Source: a virus
Lineage: Duplodnaviria; Caudoviricetes
DNA length: 41,804 bases
Virus record (IMG/VR): IMGVR_UViG_3300049180_000025
Location: 1-41,804 of that record
Reading direction: 5' to 3' (one strand)
The notes under the pieces are model-generated. The model was not told the DNA's origin. It saw only the letters and a program-made list of their open reading frames with translations, and ran no database searches. Position 1 is the first letter of the stretch, and every line of letters starts with the position of its first letter. Made by a program: the position numbers and the translations under genes. Below, in pieces: positions 35,603 to 41,804 of this stretch.

Positions 35603-35630
35603 GACCCGCCATCCCGGCGGGTTTTTTATT
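35603..35630 (+). terminator. Terminator-like hairpin before major capsid gene
   Basis: gacccgcc-atccc-ggcgggtt plus T-tract abutting SD. Confidence 0.65.
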
Positions 35631-35641
35631 GGAGCAACGAA

Positions 35642-36889
35642 ATGTCTCTCACTGCCCTTCAGGAGCAGCGCGGTCGCCTTGTCACCCAAGCCCGCGAAGC
35701 GCTCGACGAGATCAAGGCCAACACCGATGAAAGCCGCTCGACCGAGCTTGAGCAGCGCCATGACGCCATCATGGCCGAGTTCGACAAGGTGGAGGCCAAC
35801 ATTGCGCGCGAGGAGCGCGTGGCTGCTGCCGAGGCTCGCGCCGAAACCGCTCGTGCTGGGAACCGTCCGGATCAGAGCGGCGAAGGCCGTGGTGCCGAAG
35901 AAGCCGCCCGTCCCGAATATCGCGATGCCTTCATTGCGCTGGCTCGCGTCGGGTTCAATCCGCAGGAGCTTTCGGACGAGCAGCGCAGCGTCATCAAGGC
36001 TGGCGTGGCGGAGTTCCGCGCTCAGTCCACCACGGCCGGCGCTGGTGGCTACACAGTACCGACCGAGCTTGCGGCTGTCGTTGACAAGACGCTGAAGATG
36101 TGGGGACCGATGTATGACGAAGCGATCTGCACCGTCCTGAACACCTCCGGCGGCAACCCGCTCGACTTCCCGAAGACTGATGACACGGCCGTTGCCGTGG
36201 CGCAGCACACGGAAGCGGCGGCGATGACCGATGATGGCGGCGTCGATGCCACCTTCACCAAGATGACGCTCGGCGCGTTCGCCTATGACACCGAATGGGT
36301 CCAGATTTCGATGGAGATCATTCAGGACAGCGCGATCAATATCGAGCAGTTCATCGGTGAGCTTCTGGGCGAACGTCTCGCGCGCCGCGTCAACAGCGAG
36401 CTGACGGTGGGTGACGGCACCGGCGATCCGCTCGGCATCGTGGCGGCTTCGGCGGCGGGCAAGACTGCGGCCTCGACGACCGCGTTCACGGCGGACGAGA
36501 TCATCGATCTGCTGCACTCGGTCGATCCGGCCTATCGCACCTCGCCCAAGGCGCGGTGGCAGTTCAATGACACCACGCTGGCTTCGATCCGCAAGCTGAA
36601 GGATGGCAACGGCCAGTATATCTGGACGATGGGTGACATCCGCGTCGGCGAACCGGGCCGTCTGCTTGGCTACAACTACAGCGTGAATCAGGCGATGGTG
36701 AACGCCGCCACTGGCACGAAGCCGATCATCTTCGGCGATCACAGCAAATATTACGTCCGCAAGGTCGGCCTCCCGGTCATCGGCGTGCGGCGTGAATATT
36801 ACTGGCCGAACATCGGGCTGGCGGGGATCGTTCGTCTCGACGGCGATCTCATCCAGACGGCGGCGGTCAAGCACCTGGTCATGGCCTGA
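35642..36889 (+). CDS. Major capsid protein, HK97 fold with delta domain
   Basis: Coiled-coil N-terminus, GGYTVP, GDGTGDPLGI, KLKDGNGQY, IIFGD. Confidence 0.96.
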   Translation: MSLTALQEQRGRLVTQAREALDEIKANTDESRSTELEQRHDAIMAEFDKVEANIAREERVAAAEARAETARAGNRPDQSGEGRGAEEAARPEYRDAFIALARVGFNPQELSDEQRSVIKAGVAEFRAQSTTAGAGGYTVPTELAAVVDKTLKMWGPMYDEAICTVLNTSGGNPLDFPKTDDTAVAVAQHTEAAAMTDDGGVDATFTKMTLGAFAYDTEWVQISMEIIQDSAINIEQFIGELLGERLARRVNSELTVGDGTGDPLGIVAASAAGKTAASTTAFTADEIIDLLHSVDPAYRTSPKARWQFNDTTLASIRKLKDGNGQYIWTMGDIRVGEPGRLLGYNYSVNQAMVNAATGTKPIIFGDHSKYYVRKVGLPVIGVRREYYWPNIGLAGIVRLDGDLIQTAAVKHLVMA

Positions 36890-36905
36890 GCCTCTCTCCA
36901 ACCTG

Positions 36906-36934
36906 GGGCGGCTTTCGGGCCGCCCTTCTTTTTT
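36906..36934 (+). terminator. Intrinsic terminator after MCP
   Basis: gggcggc-tttcgg-gccgccc plus T-tract. Confidence 0.8.
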
Positions 36935-36948
36935 GAAGGAGGGCCGAC

Positions 36949-37326
36949 ATGGCTGGTTCCTACAATACCACTGGCTACCGTAACGGCGACGGCGTGCTGG
37001 TCACGCAGGGGCAGACGGCGGTCACGCAGGCAACGTCGATCACCACGGGGGTCACTTGCAGCGCGCATTCTGGCGTTATCACAACCGTTTCGCAGACGGT
37101 AGCAGCCGGCGATGAGGCGGAGTTCACCGTCACCAATACCAAGGTCGCGGCAACTGACATCGTGGTCGCCTGCATCAAGGATCACACTTCGGCCGGCAGT
37201 TTCGCGGTCGATGTATCTGATGTTTCGGCAGGCTCGTTCAAGTTGCGGCTGACCAACCTTCATGCGTCGGCAGCCGGTGACAATGTGCTCGTCATCAATT
37301 TCGTGGTGCTGAAGTGCGAAGCGTGA
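36949..37326 (+). CDS. Putative head decoration protein
   Basis: Beta-rich Thr/Val/Ala protein right after MCP; strong SD. Confidence 0.55.
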   Translation: MAGSYNTTGYRNGDGVLVTQGQTAVTQATSITTGVTCSAHSGVITTVSQTVAAGDEAEFTVTNTKVAATDIVVACIKDHTSAGSFAVDVSDVSAGSFKLRLTNLHASAAGDNVLVINFVVLKCEA

Positions 37327-37529
37327 CGAAGGTTAAGATGTTGGTCGGCCTTTCGGGGCCGACAGCATTTTACGAGCCGGGCGATGTGTATGAGTGCGAC
37401 TCTTCGGAGGCCGCGCGTCTGATCGGTGCCCGGTATGCGATCCCCTTCATCGAGGACCAGATCGAGCGTGCCGTTGATGCGCCGATCATTGAGAAGCGGG
37501 CAAAACCTACCGCCAGGAAAAAGGGCTAG
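37323..37529 (+). CDS. Small head-module protein
   Basis: PGDVY....EAARLI...A motif common after MCP. Confidence 0.65.
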   Translation: MTKVKMLVGLSGPTAFYEPGDVYECDSSEAARLIGARYAIPFIEDQIERAVDAPIIEKRAKPTARKKG

Positions 37530-37532
37530 AAC

Positions 37533-37802
37533 ATGGCCTATGATCGAAAATCGGCCGGCGATGGCCCTGCCACGTTCGGCTTCAGCGGCGCAACGATCGA
37601 CCTTTCATCGGCCGATTACACCGTGCCCGATACCGTCAAGGCGATCGTTGTTGTGGTGACCGGCAACGTCGTTTGTCGTCCTGTCAATGCTGGCGCAGAC
37701 ATCACGATCACGGGTGCCCCGGTGGGCTTCGTTCTGCCTTGGCATTGCACCAAGATCGAGCAGACCGGCACCACGGCGACGCTCGCGACGGTCATCGGCT
37801 GA
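37533..37802 (+). CDS. Head-spike base protein (RcGTA Rcc01079/GhsA-like)
   Basis: KAIVVVVTGNV...APVGFVLPW...KI..TGTTAT pattern as recalled for that family; 89 aa. Confidence 0.65.
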   Translation: MAYDRKSAGDGPATFGFSGATIDLSSADYTVPDTVKAIVVVVTGNVVCRPVNAGADITITGAPVGFVLPWHCTKIEQTGTTATLATVIG

Positions 37803-38368
37803 TGTGGCTTCCCGTCACCGTCACGGTGGCTCCCACGTCCGAACCGATTACGCTTGCTCAGGCAAAGGAGCAGGTTCGGGTAATTGACGATACGAGCCAG
37901 GATGATCTTCTGAACGCTTATATCGTCGCGGCGCGAACGCATGTGGAAGCGGTGACGGGGACGAAGCTGGTTTCGCAGACGGTGGTGATGAAGGCGGAAT
38001 GCTGGGGCGACCTGTTCCACCTGCCCACCGGGCCGATCCAGTCGATCAGTTCCATCACCTATGTGGATAGCGCTGGCGACACGCAGACGCTGGCGACGTC
38101 GGTTTATGAGACGCGGCTGGACGGCATCGCCCCCAGCATCGTCCTGAAATATGGGCAGAGCTGGCCGTCGATCCGCAGTGGTTCGCTGATCACGGTCACG
38201 GGCGTGGCGGGCTATACGTCGATCCCGGCGAGCATCATTCACGCGGTCAAGCTGCTGGTGGCGGACTGGTTTGCGGTCCGCGAGGATACGAACGTCGGGA
38301 ATATCGTGAACACGATGCCCAACAGCGTCATGGCGTTGCTTGCTAATCATCGGCGGTGGGGCGTCTGA
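37802..38368 (+). CDS. Head-tail connector (adaptor)
   Basis: EPITLAQAKEQVRV...YIVAARTHVE; AVKLLVADWFAVRE. Confidence 0.9.
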   Translation: MWLPVTVTVAPTSEPITLAQAKEQVRVIDDTSQDDLLNAYIVAARTHVEAVTGTKLVSQTVVMKAECWGDLFHLPTGPIQSISSITYVDSAGDTQTLATSVYETRLDGIAPSIVLKYGQSWPSIRSGSLITVTGVAGYTSIPASIIHAVKLLVADWFAVREDTNVGNIVNTMPNSVMALLANHRRWGV

Positions 38369-38712
38369 TGAAGGCTGGGCCACGTAATCGGATGATTACG
38401 TTTCAGCGGAGCATAACGACGACGGACGATTATGGCGGCCAGGTTGCGACGTGGATGACGCTCTGCCGCGCCCACGCCTCTGTGGGCTTCGGGACGGGGC
38501 AGGAGAGGCGTGAGGCGGCACAGGAGAGTGCATCAGCCCCCGCGACCTTCCGCGTGCTCTACAATGGCTCCACGGCCGATCTGAGGCCGACTGATCGCAT
38601 TCAATATCTCGGCTCTTCCTGGGACATCACGTCGGTGGTCCCGATCGGATTGAATGAGGGCGTTGAGATCGTCGCCATCCGCCTACAGCCTACAGGAGAC
38701 ATAGATGACTGA
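38368..38712 (+). CDS. Head closure protein
   Basis: MKAG.RN..ITFQ...DDYGG...W. Confidence 0.85.
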   Translation: MKAGPRNRMITFQRSITTTDDYGGQVATWMTLCRAHASVGFGTGQERREAAQESASAPATFRVLYNGSTADLRPTDRIQYLGSSWDITSVVPIGLNEGVEIVAIRLQPTGDIDD

Positions 38713-39118
38713 TATTTCGATCACACCGGGTTCGGTTCTCGCCGGCTCCGGCGCCAGCACCACCAACGGGACGGCGGGCGCGACGATAACGGCCGGTCAG
38801 GTGGTGTATCTGGATGCCACTGACGGCGAGTTCAAACTGGCGGACAGTGATTCCGCGACTGCGGCGGTTCGCTCGCCTTATGGCATCGCCTTGAATGGCG
38901 CATCTGATGGACAGCCGCTTGCGGTGCTTCGGCGGGGACCGATCACGATCGGCGGGACGATGACGGCGGGGCTGGCCTATTATCTGAGCAAGGCGACGCC
39001 CGGCGGCATCTGCCCGGTGGCCGATATCGCCTCGGGCGGATATTCGGTGATCCTCGGTATTGCCACTTCCACGACCGTTCTGGACGTGAAGATCCAGGAA
39101 AGCGGCGTCGCGGTCTGA
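38705..39118 (+). CDS. Putative structural (cement-like) protein
   Basis: AGATITAGQVVY...KLAD...GIAL pattern; GGAG SD. Confidence 0.55.
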   Translation: MTDISITPGSVLAGSGASTTNGTAGATITAGQVVYLDATDGEFKLADSDSATAAVRSPYGIALNGASDGQPLAVLRRGPITIGGTMTAGLAYYLSKATPGGICPVADIASGGYSVILGIATSTTVLDVKIQESGVAV

Positions 39119-39549
39119 TGAAAGTAAAGGTTGAAGGCTTCCGTGAACTGGAGGCCTCCCTTTCTGAGTTACCGAAAGCGACAGGCAAGGCGGTTCTGCG
39201 GCGTGTTCTCAAGGCCGCTGGCGAGCCGATAATGTCGTCCGCGCAGCAGAAAGCACCCGTCCTCACAGGCCAACTGGAAACATCCATCGTAACGTCAACG
39301 AGATTGAGCCGGCGACAGGCGAGGTTGGCGAGGCGTGTGGGCAAGTCAACTGTCGAGATGCACGTCGGGACGAAGAATGAAGCCGCTGTTCCGCAGGAGT
39401 TCGGGACGGCGCGGCAGGGCGCTCAGCCTTTCATGCGTCCGGCATGGGACGAGAACAAGGATCAGGCGCTCGATATCATAAAGAGCGATCTGGGGTCTGA
39501 GATCGAAAAGGCGGCGGCCCGGCTCGCGAAGAAGCGGTTGCGGAGGTAG
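39118..39549 (+). CDS. HK97 gp10-like neck protein
   Basis: APVLTGQL..SI; EFGT...AQPFMRPA. Confidence 0.9.
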   Translation: MKVKVEGFRELEASLSELPKATGKAVLRRVLKAAGEPIMSSAQQKAPVLTGQLETSIVTSTRLSRRQARLARRVGKSTVEMHVGTKNEAAVPQEFGTARQGAQPFMRPAWDENKDQALDIIKSDLGSEIEKAAARLAKKRLRR

Positions 39550-39552
39550 GGC

Positions 39553-39951
39553 GTGGAAGAGGATCTGCGTTCACGTCTCATAGCGGAGGCCGCAGTGCTT
39601 GCGCTGGTCGGCACGCGAGTGAGTTGGGTTGACAGGCCCCAGGGATCGGCGCTCCCCGCCATAACTTTGCAGATGATTTCGCCGGGCAGGATTTACACGC
39701 ACGGCGGCGCGAATGACCTGGCTGACAGCAGGGTTCAAATCGATTGCTGGGGGGATTCCTACGGCGCGGCGCGCGGCGTGGCCCGTGCGGTTCTGGCGGC
39801 AATGGAGGCCGGGGTAACACAAGGCAATACGGATTTCGCCCGCGCGTTTCTCGATGGCGAGCGGGACATGCCTGCCGAGGACTTGGCCGGTGGCGTGAAG
39901 GTGTTTCGGACCAGCATGGATTTCATAATCTGGCACCAGCCAGTTACCTGA
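39553..39951 (+). CDS. Tail completion/terminator protein (DUF3168-like)
   Basis: LVGTRV.W..RPQ...LPAI; RVQIDCW. Confidence 0.85.
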   Translation: MEEDLRSRLIAEAAVLALVGTRVSWVDRPQGSALPAITLQMISPGRIYTHGGANDLADSRVQIDCWGDSYGAARGVARAVLAAMEAGVTQGNTDFARAFLDGERDMPAEDLAGGVKVFRTSMDFIIWHQPVT

Positions 39952-39962
39952 AAGGATAGACT

Positions 39963-40388
39963 ATGACCGCGAAGCTCGGCTTTGGGGCAACATTCAGCTT
40001 GCATAATGGAACAGCGCTGACGGCTGTTGCCGAACTTTTGAGCGTCACGCCGCCCGCCTATACGGTGGAGACGATCGACGGCACCACGCACGGCTCCGCG
40101 AGTGGTATTCGCGAGTTCATCCCTGGCCTGATTGATCCGGGCGAATTGACCGCGACATTCCATCATGTGCCGGGGAGCGCCGGAACGGACCTTCTGGAAG
40201 ATCAGGTTGCCGCTCGCACCACGCGGGCGTTCAAGATCGTCCTGCCGACGACCTCGGGCTCTTACGATATAACGGGGACCTGCATTCCGATGAGCTATGC
40301 CGTCGATGATGTGCCGATCGATGACAAGATGACCGCAACGTTCACGGCCAAGGTGACGGGCGCTGTCACGATCGCGGCGAGCGCGTAA
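39963..40388 (+). CDS. Major tail tube protein
   Basis: TTHGS...REFIPGLIDPGE; DDKMTAT...KVTG. Confidence 0.9.
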   Translation: MTAKLGFGATFSLHNGTALTAVAELLSVTPPAYTVETIDGTTHGSASGIREFIPGLIDPGELTATFHHVPGSAGTDLLEDQVAARTTRAFKIVLPTTSGSYDITGTCIPMSYAVDDVPIDDKMTATFTAKVTGAVTIAASA

Positions 40389-40765
40389 TGTCGAACCCGT
40401 TGCGCGGTGAAGCGTCGTTCGAACTGGACGGCGAGGCCATGACGCTCGTCTATAATAATGAGGCGTTTTGCCGGATCGAGGGCGTCACCGGAGAGAGTTT
40501 TTTCGATACGCTCAGCGAGATTCAGGCAGCCGAAGCCGCCGGAAAGAAGCCGAAGATCAGCAGCCTTCGCGTTCTGCTTTGGGCCGGGTTTCAGGATCGC
40601 CACCCGAATATCTCCCTTGCCGATGCTGGTGACATGGTGATGACGGGCAGGATCGACGCTCTCAACGCGATGTCGGCGGCTTTGGCCGGCGCTTTGCCGA
40701 AGGCGAAGGAAGACACCCCGGCAAACCCTCGGAAGAGGGGTCGCGCTGGGACTGGTTCGAACTGA
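40388..40765 (+). CDS. Tail assembly chaperone (gpG-like)
   Basis: NPLRGEA motif; between tube and TMP genes. Confidence 0.85.
   Translation: MSNPLRGEASFELDGEAMTLVYNNEAFCRIEGVTGESFFDTLSEIQAAEAAGKKPKISSLRVLLWAGFQDRHPNISLADAGDMVMTGRIDALNAMSAALAGALPKAKEDTPANPRKRGRAGTGSN
40723..40729 (+). promoter_or_regulatory. Putative -1 frameshift slippery site A_AAC_CCT
   Basis: X_XXY_YYZ in the correct phase; the -1 frame is open to 41043. Confidence 0.7.
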
Positions 40766-41043
40766 TCGAACTGTGGACCGAAGCCGGGCACGATCCTGAT
40801 AGCTTCTGGCGGCAGACGCCCCGGATCATCCTGGCGGCGTTCAAAGGATATGAGCGGCGCTGCGAAGTTGAGCAGAAGCGCACGGCTTGGCTGGCCTGGC
40901 ATATCGAAGCGCTGTCACGCCAGAGGAAGATCCCGCCGCTGACCGATCTGGTCGGCGAAAAGCGGAAGACCAAGGTGCAGACGCCAGATGAGATGCTGGC
41001 GGCGTTGCAGGCGTGGGCAAATGTGACGAACGGGAGGCCCTGA
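40729..41043 (+). CDS. Tail assembly chaperone gpGT C-terminal extension
   Basis: WDWFELIELW.EAG.DPDSFWRQTPR...AWLAWHIEAL; no evident own start. Confidence 0.75.
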   Translation, partial: SEEGSRWDWFELIELWTEAGHDPDSFWRQTPRIILAAFKGYERRCEVEQKRTAWLAWHIEALSRQRKIPPLTDLVGEKRKTKVQTPDEMLAALQAWANVTNGRP

Positions 41044-41804
41044 TGAACGCAGTGGTGGGCGCGCTCCGGGTCACGCTTGGGATCGACACGGCGGCCTTTG
41101 AAGAGGGGTTGACGATAGCCCAGAAGCGGCTCGCCGCCACGGGCAAGTCCCTTCAGAATACCGGAGCGAAACTGGCTGGCGTCGGCGCGATCCTGTCGGC
41201 CGGCATCACGGCACCGTTCACCGCGCTGGTATCACAGGCGATCCCCGCCGCGATCGAAAGTCAGAAGGCGCTTGGGCAGGTGGAAGCTGCGCTCAAGAGC
41301 ATGGGGCCGGTGGCGGGGCGCACGTCCGAGCAGCTTCAGGACGCGGCTGCGCAACTGCAATCGCTGTCCACGTTCGACGATGACGACATTCTCGCGAAGG
41401 TGACGGCCAACCTGCTGACCTTCGGTAATGTCTCGGGCGAAGTATTTGATCGGGCGCAGCTTGCGGCCGTGAACCTTTCCGCCCGGCTTGGGCAGGATCT
41501 TCAATCTTCTGCGATCCAGCTCGGCAAGGCGCTCAACGATCCGATCAAGGGCCTCACCGCCCTTGGGCGTGTTGGCGTCCAGTTCACCGAAGATCAGAAG
41601 GAAATGATCAAGGCGATGGTCGCAGCCGGTGACACGGCCGGCGCGCAGAAGATCATTCTAGGCGAACTGGAGCGACAGTTCGCAGGCGCGGCCAAGGCGC
41701 AGCGTGACGCATCCCCCGGACAGGACACGATCGACGCCTGGCGCGAGTTTCAGGAAACGATCGGCGCGCTCGCGCTCAAGGTTCTGCCTCCCCTCACGAA
41801 TATG
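41043..41804 (+). CDS. Tail tape measure protein, N-terminal part (runs through the circular junction)
   Basis: GGGAGG SD; MNAVVGALRVTLGIDTAAF; AIQLGKALNDPIKGLTALGRVGVQFT; open to window end. Confidence 0.92.
   Translation, partial: MNAVVGALRVTLGIDTAAFEEGLTIAQKRLAATGKSLQNTGAKLAGVGAILSAGITAPFTALVSQAIPAAIESQKALGQVEAALKSMGPVAGRTSEQLQDAAAQLQSLSTFDDDDILAKVTANLLTFGNVSGEVFDRAQLAAVNLSARLGQDLQSSAIQLGKALNDPIKGLTALGRVGVQFTEDQKEMIKAMVAAGDTAGAQKIILGELERQFAGAAKAQRDASPGQDTIDAWREFQETIGALALKVLPPLTNM
41678..41804. repeat. Terminal direct repeat (copy of 1-127)
   Basis: Exact match. Confidence 0.95.

Noticed and set aside
35441-36901. Long antisense ORFs (486 aa here; also 3298-4221, 33925-34749, 37616-38383)
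   Set aside because: Shadow frames of well-supported genes in GC-rich DNA

Overview
This window is a complete, circularly permuted ~41.7-kb temperate siphophage genome; bases 1-127 are identical to 41678-41804, an assembly overlap. The host is probably alphaproteobacterial and sphingomonad-like (inference). The organisation is lambdoid: HK97-type packaging and head genes, a GTA-like tail, a GH19 endolysin with holin and nested Rz/Rz1, a tyrosine integrase, cI/cro/cII, a Rad52-type recombination module and an iteron-containing initiator. The most notable points are: (1) an attP made of the 5' half of tRNA-Val(TAC) with its own promoter and arm-type repeats; (2) a split RcGTA-like head-spike pair whose fibre carries an SGNH esterase; (3) a truncated VapD/Cas2-like gene facing a highly structured divergent putative sRNA complementary to its leader; (4) a protease-less repressor opposed by an ORF preceded by a LexA-like box; (5) a SAM-methyltransferase moron in the rex position; and (6) short direct repeats at gene junctions in the accessory arm. 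All product calls come from motif recognition and synteny by eye; no database searches were run.
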